From Escherichia coli (GTDB lineage Bacteria; Pseudomonadota; Gammaproteobacteria; Enterobacterales; Enterobacteriaceae), in assembly GCF_003018255.1 (NCBI RefSeq), contig NZ_CP027440.1: a DNA stretch of 64,000 nt. One strand, given 5' to 3'. A model generated the notes under the pieces. The model was not told the DNA's origin, made no database searches, and saw nothing but the letters and a program-made list of their open reading frames with translations. Of the stretch, positions 27,144 through 41,115 are shown piece after piece. A program made the translations under genes and the position numbers. How positions within the stretch are numbered: the stretch's first letter is position 1; each line of letters begins with the position of its first letter.

Positions 27144-30100
27144 TTACACCTTTTCCACATTCACAAGGAAGGACTTAAACTCCGGCGTCTGCGTGTTCGC
27201 ATCACCGACGAATGGCGTCAACGTATTGGCAATAAAGCCTTTTTTCGCAACACCTTCATAGCCCCAGTGAATCGGAATACCGATGGTATCGATATCTTTG
27301 CCGTTTGCTTTCAGCGTGCGAATACGTTTGGTCACTACCGCTTTGGCTTTGATATAGCCACGGTTGGAGGAGACTTTCACAGTATCGCCCTGGGCAATGC
27401 CAAGTTTATTCGCCAGCGACTCCCCGATTTCCACAAACTGCTCTGGTTGCAAAATCGCATTCAACAGCGCGTGTTTGGTCCAGTAGTGGAAGTGCTCGGT
27501 CAGACGATAGGTGGTTCCGACATACGGGAACTTATCGGCTTTACCCAATGCTTCGGCGTCGTCTTTAAAGATACGCGCAGCCGGGTTCGAGATAACGTTT
27601 GGATGCAGCGGGTTAGTTCCCAGCGGCGTTTCAAACGGCTCGTAGTGTTCCGGGAACGGACCTTCCGCCATCTTATCGAGGGCAAACAGACGTCCCATGC
27701 CTTCCTGCTGCATGATAAACGGCCCTACGCCGCTGCCCGGAGGCGCTGCGCTGTAGTCCGGAATATCCCAGCCGGTCCACTTAGTGCCGTCCCATTTCAG
27801 CAACTGACGCTTCGGATCCCATGGGTTACCCTGCGGATCTGCGGAGGCGCGGTTATACAGAATGCGGCGGTTAAGCGGCCATGCCCATGCCCAGCCCAGC
27901 GTGTTACCGAGGCCAGACGGATCGGCGTTATCACGACGCGCCATCTGGTTACCTTCTGGCGTCCAGCTACCGGCGAAAATCCAGCAGCCACAGGAGGTCG
28001 TACCGTCATCGCGCAGTTGGGCGAACGAGCTAAGTTGTTGGCCTTTCTTGACGATAACCGCACCGGTTGCCGGATCGGTAATATCGGCCAGCGCCTTACC
28101 GTTGCTCTCCATCGCCACTTCTTCCGACTTCGGCTCATGCGGAATGGCGTAGTTCCAGGTCATATTCAGCACCTGGTCCGGGTTTGCGCCACCCTGTTCG
28201 GCATACATCTTGCGCAAGCGCAGGAAGATACCGGAGAGGATCTCGCCATCAGTCAGCGCAATCCCTGGGGCGTCCGCACCTTTCCAGTGCCACTGTAACC
28301 AGCGACCGGAGTTAACGATTGAACCGTTCTCTTCTGCGAAGCAAGTCGATGGCAGACGGAACACTTCGGTCTGGATCTTCGACGAGTCAACTTCGTTCAG
28401 CTCACCGTGGTTCTGCCAGAAGTTAGAGGTTTCAGTGTTCAGCGGGTCGATGGTGACGAGGAACTTCAGTTTCGACAGACAACCGATCACTTTGTTTTTG
28501 TTCGGGAATGAGGCAACAGGGTTAAAGCCCTGGCAGATATAGCCATTGACCTTGCCTTCTTTCATCATCTCGAAGTATTGCAGGACGTCGTAGCCTTTAT
28601 CCCACTTCGGCAACCAGTCAAAGCCCCAGCTATTTTCCGCCGTCGCTTTATCACCAAAGAATGCCTTCATCATTGAGACGAAGAATTTCGGGTAGTTGCC
28701 CCAGTAGTTGACCTGGCCTTCCAGCAGTGGTTTTGGCGTGTTGGCAGCGAGGTAAGTTTGCAGATCGGTCTGCTTCTCGCTTGGCAACGTCATGTAACCT
28801 GGCAGACTCTGCGACAGCAGCCCCAGGTCGGTCAGCCCCTGAATATTGGAGTGACCGCGCAGGGCGTTAACGCCGCCGCCAGCCATCCCCATATTGCCGA
28901 GCAGCAACTGGATCATCGCCATCGTACGAATGTTTTGCGCACCAATGGAGTGTTGCGTCCAGCCGAGCGCGTAAAGGAACGAGGCAGTTTTATCGTGAGC
29001 ACTGGTCTCAGCGATGTATTCGCAGACTTTCAGGAATGCGTCTTTTGGCGTACCACAGATGTTTTCAACCACATCTGGCGTGTAGCGGGAAACGTGCTGT
29101 TTCAGCAAGTTCCACACGCAACGTGGATGTTGCAGGGTAGTATCGCGTTTGGCGAAGCCGTTTTCGTCCAGTTCGTAAGTCCAGGAGGATTTATCGTACT
29201 TACGTTTTTCCGCGTCATAGCCGGTGAACAGGCCATCTTCAAAGCCGTAATCCTCACGCACGATCAGGCTGGCGTTGGTATAGGCTTCGGTGTATTCGCG
29301 GTTGAATTTTTCATTGTTCAGCAGGTACAGCAATACGCCTGACAGGAAAGCAATGTCAGTACCGGAACGAATAGGGGCATAGTAGTCAGCTACCGCCGCC
29401 GTACGCGTAAAGCGAGGATCGATCACAATCAGCTTCGCGCCATTGTGAATTTTGGCTTCCATCGCCCAGCGGAACCCGACCGGGTGAGCTTCAGCGGCGT
29501 TACCGCCCATCACCACGACGAGGTTGGCGTTCTTGATGTCGACCCAGTGGTTGGTCATCGCACCGCGACCAAATGTTGGAGCAAGACTTGCTACCGTTGG
29601 TCCGTGTCAGACACGCGCCTGGTTGTCGACCGCGAGCATACCCAGCGCGCGGGAGAATTTTTGCGTTAAATAGCCGGTTTCGTTACTCGACGCGGAAGCA
29701 CACAGCATCCCGGTGGAGAGCCAGCGGTTAACGGTCACGCCTTCGGCGTTTTGCGCAATGTAGTTAGCATCGCGGTCTTCTTTCATCAGTTTGGCGATGC
29801 GATCAAACGCCTCTTCCCAACTGATTTGCTGCCATTTATCAGAACCTGGCGCACGGTATTCCGGAAACTTCAGACGGCTTTCGGAGTGGATGAAATCCAC
29901 CAGGCCAGCGCCTTTCGGACAAAGTGCACCGCGGTTGACCGGGTGATCCGGGTCACCTTCGATATGGAAGATAGATGCTTTGGCGTTTTTTGCTCCGTCA
30001 CCGAGGCTGTACATCAACAGCCCACAGCCTACGGAACAATAGGTGCAGGTATTACGGGTTTCGCGGGTGCGCAGCAGTTTATACTGCCGGGTTTCCGCGA

Positions 30101-30194
30101 GTGCTACGCTGGGTGCAAAACCCAGTGCCGCTGCCGTGGTGCCTGCCATACCGCCAGCGCAGATCTTAAAGAACTGCCTTCTGCTGACCTGCAT
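27144..30194 (-). CDS. fdoG: Formate dehydrogenase-O catalytic subunit (selenocysteine-containing, Tat-exported)
   Basis: ORFs 29607-30194 and 27144-29558 are in the same frame, separated only by TGA at 29607-29609. The total is 1016 codons. The Tat signal SRRQFFK is present, and the context ARV-U-HGPT is typical of FDH selenocysteine sites. Confidence 0.95.
29565..29606 (-). other. SECIS stem-loop directing selenocysteine insertion at the fdoG UGA
   Basis: The mRNA immediately 3' of UGA reads CACGGACCAACGGUAGCAAGUCUUGCUCCAACAUUUGGU. ACCAA pairs with UUGGU, and the apical GCAAG-U-CUUGC resembles the fdhF SECIS apex. Confidence 0.7.
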
Positions 30195-30387
30195 GGATTG
30201 CTCCTTGTTTCGACATTGTCACGTCCCATTTACATTCGCTTGCTGCGTGTGCAGGGAGTGGGAGTTATTTTTCTTTGCGGAAGGGGCCGCAAAGGTCCAG
30301 AATTGGCTCAATTTCCCTCCATCCAGGAAGGGTTTGTAACAGAATACCATAATGTTGGTGTGTGTGTTCTTATCTGGTTAAGAGAAA

Positions 30388-31221
30388 GTGAAAAAAACAC
30401 AGCAAAAAGAAATCGAAAATGTGACAAATATCACAGGTGTTCGTCAAATTGAGTTATGGCGGCATGATGATTTACAACACCCACGGTTAGATGAGGTGGC
30501 GGAAGAAGTTCCCGTTGCGCTGGTCTACAACGGTATTTCGCATGTGGTGATGATGGCGTCGCCCAAAGACCTTGAGTACTTTGCGCTCGGTTTTTCGCTT
30601 TCCGAGGGGATAATCGAAAGTCCGCGCGATATCTTCGGCATGGATGTCGTTCCTTCCTGTAATGGTCTTGAAGTTCAAATTGAGCTTTCCAGCCGCCGCT
30701 TTATGGGGTTGAAGGAGCGTCGCCGGGCACTGGCGGGACGTACGGGATGTGGCGTGTGCGGCGTGGAGCAACTTAATGACATCGGAAAACCGGTGCAGCC
30801 GCTACCGTTCACCCAGACGTTTGATCTCAACAAACTGGATGATGCATTACGTCATCTCAATGATTTTCAGCCAGTGGGGCAACTGACCGGTTGTACTCAC
30901 GCCGCCGCCTGGATGTTGCCATCTGGCGAACTGGTCGGCGGGCATGAAGACGTGGGTCGCCATGTGGCGCTGGACAAACTGTTAGGCCGCCGGTCACAAG
31001 AAGGGGAAAGCTGGCAGCAAGGTGCGGTACTGGTTTCCAGCCGTGCCAGTTATGAAATGGTGCAAAAGTCGGCGATGTGCGGCGTAGAGATTTTGTTTGC
31101 GGTGTCTGCCGCGACCACACTTGCTGTAGAAGTGGCTGAACGCTGTAATTTGACGCTGGTGGGCTTTTGTAAACCGGGTCGGGCAACGGTTTATACCCAT
31201 CCGCAGCGTTTGAGCAATTAA
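30388..31221 (+). CDS. fdhD: Sulfurtransferase FdhD (formate dehydrogenase accessory protein)
   Basis: 277-aa ORF with a GTG start and the conserved GRTGCGVCG cysteine loop. Confidence 0.95.
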   Translation: MKKTQQKEIENVTNITGVRQIELWRHDDLQHPRLDEVAEEVPVALVYNGISHVVMMASPKDLEYFALGFSLSEGIIESPRDIFGMDVVPSCNGLEVQIELSSRRFMGLKERRRALAGRTGCGVCGVEQLNDIGKPVQPLPFTQTFDLNKLDDALRHLNDFQPVGQLTGCTHAAAWMLPSGELVGGHEDVGRHVALDKLLGRRSQEGESWQQGAVLVSSRASYEMVQKSAMCGVEILFAVSAATTLAVEVAERCNLTLVGFCKPGRATVYTHPQRLSN

Positions 31222-31225
31222 TTAA

Positions 31226-31264
31226 AATAAGTCCTGCGATATATATTAAATTGCAGGACTTATT
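31226..31264 (+). terminator. Stem-loop after fdhD
   Basis: AATAAGTCCTGC-N15-GCAGGACTTATT, a 12-bp stem followed by a T-rich CATTTC. Confidence 0.5.
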
Positions 31265-31270
31265 CATTTC

Positions 31271-32000
31271 GTGAATTTTATTATTTTATTTATAAACAAA
31301 ACGCGTGTAGTGGCGTTAACGCCTGCGTTGCAACCTATTGATGGCGTGGCGGTGAGTTATATTGATGCTGCCGTAGCGTTGGGTAATACCATTAACGAAA
31401 TGGATAAATATTACATCCAGGAAAATTATAAAGACGATGCGTTTGCGAAAGGGAAAACGCTGCACCAGACATTCTTAAAAAATCTGGAAGCCTTTGAACC
31501 TGTAGCAGAATCTTATCATGCGGCGATTCAGGAAATTAATGACAAGCGCCAGCTTACGGAATTGAAAAATATTGAAGAAAGAGAAGGGAAAACATTCCAC
31601 TACTACTCTCTGGCAGTCATGATTTCAGCGAAACAAATTAATAACCTGATATCGCAAGATAAGTTTGATGCAGAAGCGGCAATGAAGAAAGTGTCTGAAC
31701 TGGAAACGCTGGTGGCGCAGGTCAAAGAAGCGGATAAAAGCGGCATGAATTTCTCGTTTATTAATTCGGCAGGCCAGTATCAACTCGAGGCTAAAAAATA
31801 CGTTCGCCGCATCAGAGATAAAGTCCCGTACTCTGACTGGGATAAAGAGCAACTTCAGGACGCAAACTCAAGCTGGATGGCCGAAGACTCATTTCCCGAG
31901 AGCATTATGCGAGTACAACGAAATGGTCGATGAAATATTTCAGTCAATTGTAATCGCGGAGCGGGTTTGTGATGAGCGCGGATATGTCACGAAGTCGTGA
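31271..32000 (+). pseudogene. yiiG: yiiG remnant: N-terminally truncated and probably frameshifted near the 3' end
   Basis: The 220-aa ORF starts at a GTG with no RBS in AT-rich DNA and has no signal peptide. Similarity to K-12 YiiG (351-aa lipoprotein, from memory) begins only at about VALTPALQPIDGVAVSYIDAA. After SSWMAEDSFP the +1 frame continues as PRALCEYNEMVDEIFQ... to a stop at 31998-32000. Confidence 0.5.
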
Positions 32001-32353
32001 CAATATAAAGCAGAGTGAAGGATAAATTTTGTGAATAAAGTATCATTATTTAATGATTTTGTGAATGTTTAAATGTCTCAGATAATTTGTTTAAGCGTTA
32101 TTTATATTTGTGGCTTATGAGTCAGCGTGAATCATATCTAATATTTTTTACGATTTTTAGTTAAAAACGGCACTATTGTTATATTCCTCACGTTCCAGGA
32201 AATCAGCGGATTTACTCATATTATGCAGCGGGATACTATCCATCGGCCTGCTGAAGTTGGATTAAAAATTCGAAAGTGCACACCTTATATTTCTCTATAT
32301 ACGTATTCCTTTTGGAAAGCGTAGGGTCTCTTTTATTTCAGGGAACGTAAATA

Positions 32354-33748
32354 ATGAAAAAATCGACATTATCTTTAGCCATCGGTTTATTATTGGCATG
32401 TAGTACCGGAATGGCAAAAACACAGCATTTAACGCTGGAACAACGCATGGCATTGCTGGAAGAACGCCTGGAAGCGGCAGAAATGCGGGCAGCAAAAGCA
32501 GAGAGCCAGGTTAAACAGCTGCAGACACAACAAGCCGCTGAGATCCGCGAAATTAAGGCTGCCCAGGGCAATACGCCGGTAAATGGACAGGCAACGGCGG
32601 AATCTGCAAAGAAAAATTCCACCTCACCTAATCTTTTGCTCTCAGGTTATGGCGATTTAAAAATCTACGGCGACGTAGAATTTAATATGGATGCGGAAAG
32701 TAATCATGGCCTTCTGGCAATGACCAACGCTGATGTGAATAGCGATCCCACTAATGAACAGTGGAATCTCAATGGTCGTATTCTGTTAGGTTTTGATGGT
32801 ATGCGAAAACTGGATAATGGTTATTTCGCCGGGTTCTCCGCACAACCGCTGGGGGACATGCACGGTTCAGTAAATATCGATGATGCGGTATTCTTCTTTG
32901 GCAAAGAAAACGACTGGAAGGTCAAAGTAGGTCGTTTTGAAGCCTACGATATGTTCCCGCTGAATCAGGATACCTTTGTTGAACATTCCGGTAATACTGC
33001 GAACGATCTTTATGACGATGGCAGCGGTTATATCTATATGATGAAAGAGGGCCGCGGGCGCTCTAACGCTGGCGGTAATTTCCTCGTCAGCAAACAACTT
33101 GATAACTGGTATTTTGAATTAAACACGTTACTTGAAGACGGAACATCTTTATATAATGACGGTAATTATCATGGACGCGATATGGAGCAGCAGAAAAATG
33201 TTGCTTATCTGCGTCCAGTAATTGCCTGGTCGCCGACGGAAGAATTCACCGTTTCCGCAGCGATGGAAGCGAACGTAGTAAATAATGCTTATGGTTATAC
33301 CGATAGCAAGGGTAATTTTGTCGATCAGTCCGATCGTACCGGCTATGGTATGAGCATGACCTGGAATGGCCTGAAAACGGATCCGGAAAATGGTGTCGTG
33401 GTTAATCTTAATACCGCCTATTTAGATGCTAATAATGAGAAAGATTTCACTGCCGGGATTAACGCGCTGTGGAAACGTTTCGAGCTCGGTTATATCTACG
33501 CGCACAATAAGATTGATGAATTCAGCGGTGTAGTTTGTGATAACGACTGCTGGATTGATGATGAAGGGACGTACACCATTCACACCATTCATGCGTCTTA
33601 TCAGTTCGCTAATGTGATGGATATGGAGAACTTTAATATTTACCTCGGGACGTATTACTCCATTCTGGATAGCGACGGTGATAAAAAACACGGTGATGAT
33701 ACTGATGACCGTTACGGGGCACGCGTTCGCTTTAAATACTTCTTCTGA
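32354..33748 (+). CDS. Outer-membrane glycoporin-like beta-barrel with N-terminal coiled-coil extension (ScrY/RafY-like)
   Basis: 464-aa ORF. A signal peptide (MKKSTLSLAIGLLLACSTGMA) is followed by about 50 aa of heptad-like helix (LEQRMALLEERLEAAEMRAAKAESQVKQLQTQQ). The rest has an alternating aromatic/polar beta-strand pattern and ends in the terminal RFKYFF motif. It occupies the place of the K-12 frv operon. Confidence 0.7.
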   Translation: MKKSTLSLAIGLLLACSTGMAKTQHLTLEQRMALLEERLEAAEMRAAKAESQVKQLQTQQAAEIREIKAAQGNTPVNGQATAESAKKNSTSPNLLLSGYGDLKIYGDVEFNMDAESNHGLLAMTNADVNSDPTNEQWNLNGRILLGFDGMRKLDNGYFAGFSAQPLGDMHGSVNIDDAVFFFGKENDWKVKVGRFEAYDMFPLNQDTFVEHSGNTANDLYDDGSGYIYMMKEGRGRSNAGGNFLVSKQLDNWYFELNTLLEDGTSLYNDGNYHGRDMEQQKNVAYLRPVIAWSPTEEFTVSAAMEANVVNNAYGYTDSKGNFVDQSDRTGYGMSMTWNGLKTDPENGVVVNLNTAYLDANNEKDFTAGINALWKRFELGYIYAHNKIDEFSGVVCDNDCWIDDEGTYTIHTIHASYQFANVMDMENFNIYLGTYYSILDSDGDKKHGDDTDDRYGARVRFKYFF

Positions 33749-33788
33749 TGAAGTCGCGGTGCTGGATATTTTCCGGCACCGCAACTCA

Positions 33789-34103
33789 TTAAGGCAGGTA
33801 AAACACTTCTTGCAGCTCGCTACTGACTGGGCTGTTATCCGGGTTAGTTGGCATAACGTCGGTCATATATTTCCACCAACGTTGGCAAACATCAGTACTG
33901 GCTACCGCATTCCACCGTTCTTCAGATTCAATCTCTACCGTGGCAAACAGCAGATTACGCGCTTTGTCGAGGTAAATGGCGTAGTTATGCGCACCGTGAG
34001 ATTTCAACACTGCTTCCAGTTCCGGCCAGATTGGATTATGACGACGCTGATACTCTTCGTGGGCGTCGGGGTTAACCTGCATGACAAAGGCTTTGCGGAT
34101 CAT
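33789..34103 (-). CDS. rhaM: L-rhamnose mutarotase
   Basis: 104-aa ORF ([30 protein letters not shown]...). Confidence 0.95.
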   Translation of the reverse strand: MIRKAFVMQVNPDAHEEYQRRHNPIWPELEAVLKSHGAHNYAIYLDKARNLLFATVEIESEERWNAVASTDVCQRWWKYMTDVMPTNPDNSPVSSELQEVFYLP

Positions 34104-34112
34104 GTTTGCTCC

Positions 34113-34937
34113 TTACAGCGCCAGCGCACTGGCGAGTGGTGTAACGCCGAAACGCTGGCCGAGCGCTATCAGCTCTTCACGACTGATGGTCTGTTTCATG
34201 CCGCCCATCGAATAAACCTTCACTAATACTTGTGCTGATTTTTCTGCGGTGTCGATTAAACCGAATGTTTCATCCAGTGTCGGACCGCTGCCGAAGACGC
34301 CGTGGAAGGGCCACAACACCAGCGAATGTTTTTGCATTTCCTGTGCGGTCGCCTGGCCGATTTCGTCGGTGCCGGGCACCATCCACGGCAAAATGCCGAC
34401 GCCATCCGGGAACACTACCAGACATTCGGTGCTGCCTTCCCACAGTTGGCGAGTGAAGACCGCGGTGTCGTTTTCCAGTACGTAGGTAAGGGCGATCAGG
34501 TTGGTGGCATGGCAGTGCATGATCACCCGATCTTTACCGTTGGTGGCTTTAATGCGCTCGCAGTGGGAGAGAAAGTGAGCCGGAAGTTCGGAAGTGGGGA
34601 CGGCTTTGTTGGTTAACCCCCAAAGAATGTGGTAGCCCGCGCCGTCGCTGTCGACTTTTACGATGCCTAAGTTAGCCGCAGGATCAAGCTGGACGTTACG
34701 GAAGAATTTGCCTGAGCCGGTGACAATAAACGGTGTATTTGCCAGTAAAGGCATGGGCTGGCTGAGCGGGATATAGCGCGGTTGTTGGTGAAAATTGTCG
34801 TGATATGGTGCGATATCGGCGTCATCCAGGCGCAGCGTCAGGTTGCCGCCGTTGCGCTCGTCCCAGCCTTTCAGCCAGGCGTCGGTGGTGGCTTTAATCA
34901 TTCCCTGGACAAACCAGGACTGAGTAATGTTTTGCAT
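34113..34937 (-). CDS. rhaD: Rhamnulose-1-phosphate aldolase
   Basis: ORF 34113-35030. I place the start at [13 protein letters not shown] (ATG at 34935-34937), giving the 274-aa K-12 length. Confidence 0.95.
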   Translation of the reverse strand: MQNITQSWFVQGMIKATTDAWLKGWDERNGGNLTLRLDDADIAPYHDNFHQQPRYIPLSQPMPLLANTPFIVTGSGKFFRNVQLDPAANLGIVKVDSDGAGYHILWGLTNKAVPTSELPAHFLSHCERIKATNGKDRVIMHCHATNLIALTYVLENDTAVFTRQLWEGSTECLVVFPDGVGILPWMVPGTDEIGQATAQEMQKHSLVLWPFHGVFGSGPTLDETFGLIDTAEKSAQVLVKVYSMGGMKQTISREELIALGQRFGVTPLASALAL

Positions 34938-34990
34938 GTTCGGTGTTCCTGTTAATTGGACGTCCGTGCCTGTTGCCGGATATACGATCT

Positions 34991-35117
34991 GTAGGCCGGA
35001 TAAGGCACTCGTGCCGCATCCGGCAATCAATGCCTGATGCGACGCTGTCGCGTCTTATCAGGCCTACAACTATTGCCGACCCGTAGGCCGGATAAGGCAC
35101 TTGTGCCGCATCCGGCA
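34991..35117. repeat. BIME cluster (three REP units) between rhaD and rhaA
   Basis: GTAGGCCGGATAAGGCAC..GCATCCGGCA occurs twice, flanking TGCCTGATGCGACGC..CTTATCAGGCCTAC. Confidence 0.85.
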
Positions 35118-35121
35118 GTGT

Positions 35122-37880
<2,759 letters not shown>

Positions 37881-37955
37881 CTAAAAAGCGCCTGAATTCG
37901 CGACCTTCTCGTTACTGACAGGAAAATGGGTCATTGGCAACCAGGGAAAGATGAA

Positions 37956-37971
37956 CGTGATGATGTTCACA
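37956..37971. promoter_or_regulatory. CRP site in the rhaBAD/rhaSR divergent control region (37848-38134)
   Basis: CGTGA-TGATGT-TCACA matches TGTGA-N6-TCACA at 9 of 10 positions. Confidence 0.55.
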
Positions 37972-38134
37972 ATTCGCTGAATTGTGGTGGTGTGATGCTC
38001 ACCGCATTTCCTGAAAATTCACGCTGTATCTTGAAAAATCGACGTTTTTTACGTGGTTTTCCGTCGAAAATTTAAGGTAAGAACCTGACCTCGTGATTAC
38101 TATTTCGCCGTGTTGACGACATCAGGAGGCCAGT

Positions 38135-38971
38135 ATGACCGTATTACATAGTGTGGATTTTTTTCCGTCTGGTAACGCGTCCGTGGCGATAGAACCCCGG
38201 CTCCCGCAGGCGGATTTTCCTGAACATCATCATGATTTTCATGAAATTGTGATTGTCGAACATGGCACGGGTATTCATGTGTTTAATGGGCAGCCCTATA
38301 CCATCACCGGTGGCACGGTCTGTTTCGTACGCGATCATGATCGGCATCTGTATGAACATACCGATAATCTGTGTCTGACCAATGTGCTGTATCGCTCGCC
38401 GGATCGATTTCAGTTTCTCGCCGGGCTGAATCAGTTGCTGCCACAAGAGCAGGATGGGCAGTATCCGTCTCACTGGCGCGTTAACCACAGCGTGTTGCAG
38501 CAGGTGCGACAGCTGGTTGCACAGATGGAACAGCAGGAAGAGGAAAATGATTTACCCTCGACCGCCAGTCGCGAGATCTTATTTATGCAATTACTGCTCT
38601 TGCTGCGTAAAAGCAGTTTGCAGGAGAACCTGGAAAACAGCGCGTCACGTCTCAACTTGCTTCTGGCCTGGCTGGAGGACCATTTTGCCGATGAGGTGAA
38701 TTGGGATGCCGTGGCGGATCTATTTTCTCTTTCGCTGCGTACGCTACATCGGCAGCTTAAGCAGCAAACGGGACTGACGCCTCAGCGTTACCTGAACCGC
38801 CTGCGACTGATGAAAGCCCGACATCTGCTACGCCACAGCGAGGCCAGCGTTACTGACATCGCCTATCGCTGCGGATTCAGCGACAGTAACCACTTTTCGA
38901 CGCTTTTTCGCCGAGAGTTTAACTGGTCACCGCGTGATATTCGCCAGGGACGGGATGGCTTTCTGCAATAA
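38135..38971 (+). CDS. rhaS: AraC-family activator RhaS
   Basis: 278-aa ORF with a GGAGG RBS and a C-terminal double HTH. Confidence 0.96.
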   Translation: MTVLHSVDFFPSGNASVAIEPRLPQADFPEHHHDFHEIVIVEHGTGIHVFNGQPYTITGGTVCFVRDHDRHLYEHTDNLCLTNVLYRSPDRFQFLAGLNQLLPQEQDGQYPSHWRVNHSVLQQVRQLVAQMEQQEEENDLPSTASREILFMQLLLLLRKSSLQENLENSASRLNLLLAWLEDHFADEVNWDAVADLFSLSLRTLHRQLKQQTGLTPQRYLNRLRLMKARHLLRHSEASVTDIAYRCGFSDSNHFSTLFRREFNWSPRDIRQGRDGFLQ

Positions 38972-39044
38972 CGCGAATCTACTCAACGTATTTGTACGCC
39001 ATATTGCGAATAATCAACTTCGTTCTCTGGCCGAGGTAGCCACG

Positions 39045-39893
39045 GTGGCGCATCAGTTAAAACTTCTCAAAGATGATTTTTTTGCCAGCGACCAGCAGGC
39101 AGTCGCTGTGGCTGACCGTTATCCGCAAGATGTCTTTGCTGAACATACACATGATTTTTGTGAGCTGGTAATTGTCTGGCGCGGTAATGGTCTGCATGTA
39201 CTCAACGATCGCCCTTATCGCATTACCCGTGGCGATCTCTTTTACATTCATGCTGACGATAAACACTCCTACGCTTCCGTTAACGATCTGGTTTTGCAGA
39301 ATATTATTTATTGCCCGGAGCGGCTGAAGCTGAATCTTGACTGGCAGGGGGCGATTCCGGGATTTAGTGCCAGCGCAGGGCAACCACACTGGCGCTTAGG
39401 TAGCGTGGGGATGGCGCAGGCGCGGCAGATTATCGGTCAGCTTGAGCATGAAAGTAGTCAGCATGTGCCGTTTGCTAACGAAATGGCAGAGTTGCTGTTC
39501 GGGCAGTTGGTGATGTTGCTGAATCGCCATCGTTACACCAGTGATTCGTTGCCGCCAACATCCAGCGAAACGTTGCTGGATAAGCTGATTACCCGGCTGG
39601 CGGCCAGCCTGAAAAGTCCCTTTGCGCTGGATAAATTTTGTGATGAGGCATCGTGCAGTGAGCGCGTTTTGCGTCAGCAATTTCGCCAGCAGACTGGAAT
39701 GACCATCAATCAATATCTGCGGCAGGTCAGAGTGTGTCATGCGCAATATCTTCTCCAGCATAGCCGCCTGTTAATCAGTGATATTTCAACCGAATGTGGC
39801 TTTGAAGATAGTAACTATTTTTCGGTAGTGTTTACCCGGGAAACCGGGATGACGCCCAGCCAGTGGCGTCATCTCAATTCGCAGAAAGATTAA
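39045..39893 (+). CDS. rhaR: AraC-family activator RhaR
   Basis: ORF 38934-39893. I use the GTG at 39045 ([13 protein letters not shown]), giving the current 282-aa K-12 model. The start is uncertain. Confidence 0.88.
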   Translation: MAHQLKLLKDDFFASDQQAVAVADRYPQDVFAEHTHDFCELVIVWRGNGLHVLNDRPYRITRGDLFYIHADDKHSYASVNDLVLQNIIYCPERLKLNLDWQGAIPGFSASAGQPHWRLGSVGMAQARQIIGQLEHESSQHVPFANEMAELLFGQLVMLLNRHRYTSDSLPPTSSETLLDKLITRLAASLKSPFALDKFCDEASCSERVLRQQFRQQTGMTINQYLRQVRVCHAQYLLQHSRLLISDISTECGFEDSNYFSVVFTRETGMTPSQWRHLNSQKD

Positions 39894-40924
39894 TTCGCCA
39901 TGCCCATGCCGACGATGTTGGCGGCGACAATAATCACCACACAACCGAGGCTCAACACCGTTACCGGACGGCGACCTGCATTGTTCCACTCTTTCAGCAC
40001 CAACCCGACGATACCGCCGCACAATACATAGAAGCTCATATGCAGCATCCAACTGATGTAGTCATACTGCGCCGGAATACGCGCGTGGCCCCAGGCATAG
40101 AAAAAGAATTGCAGATACCACATCAACCCGCCCAGTGCTGAGAGTAACACATTGTGAATGATCAGCGGTTTTGCCAGCGAGAAGTCGGCTTTTAGCGACA
40201 AATCCTTCACTTTTGCCAGACGAATGAAGCAGAAACCGAGGTTAATGATCGCGCCGCCGCCCATGATGACAACATAGCTTGGCAGAGCGACATACAGTGG
40301 ATCGACGCCCAGTGCAGCAGCGGCTTCATGCATCGGTTTTGCGGCGTTCATCGCAAAGGACATCCCGGCAGAGAAAATGCCGCACATCACCGCCAGCACC
40401 AGCCCTTTTTTCAGGTTGAACTCTTCGGCTTTAATGCCCATCTTGCGCTCTTTCAACTGCCCGGCGCGAGTTACAATCCCTACGCCAATCAGCGCCACCA
40501 GAACGCCGAGCAACGTCATGCGTCCGCCTTCGGTATTAATCAGCACATCGAAATTGCCGTTGATAATTGGCGTCATCAGCGTACCGACAATCAACGTAAT
40601 GCCAATGGCGATGCCAATTCCCATCGACATGCCGAGATAACGCATGGTCAGGCCGTAGTTGATATTACCGATCCCCCACATAGCGCCGAACAGAAAAACA
40701 GGCAGCAGCGTAGAGAGACTAAACGAGCTGTAATACGCCCAGAAATTCGGTAGTAACAGGGCGCTGATGGCCCACGGCAGGATAATCCACGAAACAATCC
40801 CACCGACTGACCACATGGTTTCCCATGACCATTTTTTTACTTTTTTGAACGGAGCGTAAAAACAGGCTGCACTGGCCGCGCCGATCAAATGCCAAAATAT
40901 CCCCATCGTAATCGCGTTACTCAT
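39890..40924 (-). CDS. rhaT: L-rhamnose-proton symporter
   Basis: 344-aa 10-TM ORF whose stop overlaps the rhaR stop region. Confidence 0.95.
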   Translation of the reverse strand: MSNAITMGIFWHLIGAASAACFYAPFKKVKKWSWETMWSVGGIVSWIILPWAISALLLPNFWAYYSSFSLSTLLPVFLFGAMWGIGNINYGLTMRYLGMSMGIGIAIGITLIVGTLMTPIINGNFDVLINTEGGRMTLLGVLVALIGVGIVTRAGQLKERKMGIKAEEFNLKKGLVLAVMCGIFSAGMSFAMNAAKPMHEAAAALGVDPLYVALPSYVVIMGGGAIINLGFCFIRLAKVKDLSLKADFSLAKPLIIHNVLLSALGGLMWYLQFFFYAWGHARIPAQYDYISWMLHMSFYVLCGGIVGLVLKEWNNAGRRPVTVLSLGCVVIIVAANIVGMGMAN

Positions 40925-41115
40925 CTTCTTATCCTCATCATTTTTCGTCGCGTCACATCTCCGACGAGATGAGTGTAAAAATCGTGCTGTCGATTAACCT
41001 TTCGCCTATTGCCGCCGCTGCCGATTTACTGGCAATCACGGCATTAAGTGGGTGATTTGCTTCACATCTTGGGCATTTTCCTGCAAAACCATACCCTTAC
41101 GAAAAGTACGGCATT

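Noticed and set aside
29558-29609. Apparent truncation of fdoG into 195-aa and 804-aa ORFs, suggesting a pseudogene.
   Set aside because: The two pieces are in the same frame and separated by a single TGA in the canonical selenocysteine context, with a SECIS-like hairpin. The gene is intact.
32026-32047. A full CRP site at TGTGAATAAAGTATCA upstream of the porin gene.
   Set aside because: The right half-site TATCA matches TCACA at only 3 of 5 positions, and the second TGTGA has no partner. This is too weak to call.
34991-35117. Clusters of about 35-bp imperfect palindromes at five sites (311-400, 34991-35117, 43905-44043, 49035-49134, 56141-56171), considered as possible CRISPR arrays or mobile-element ends.
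   Set aside because: They are classical REP/BIME units (GCCGGATGCGGCG / GCCTGATGCG types). They have irregular spacing, no unique spacers, and no cas or transposase genes nearby.
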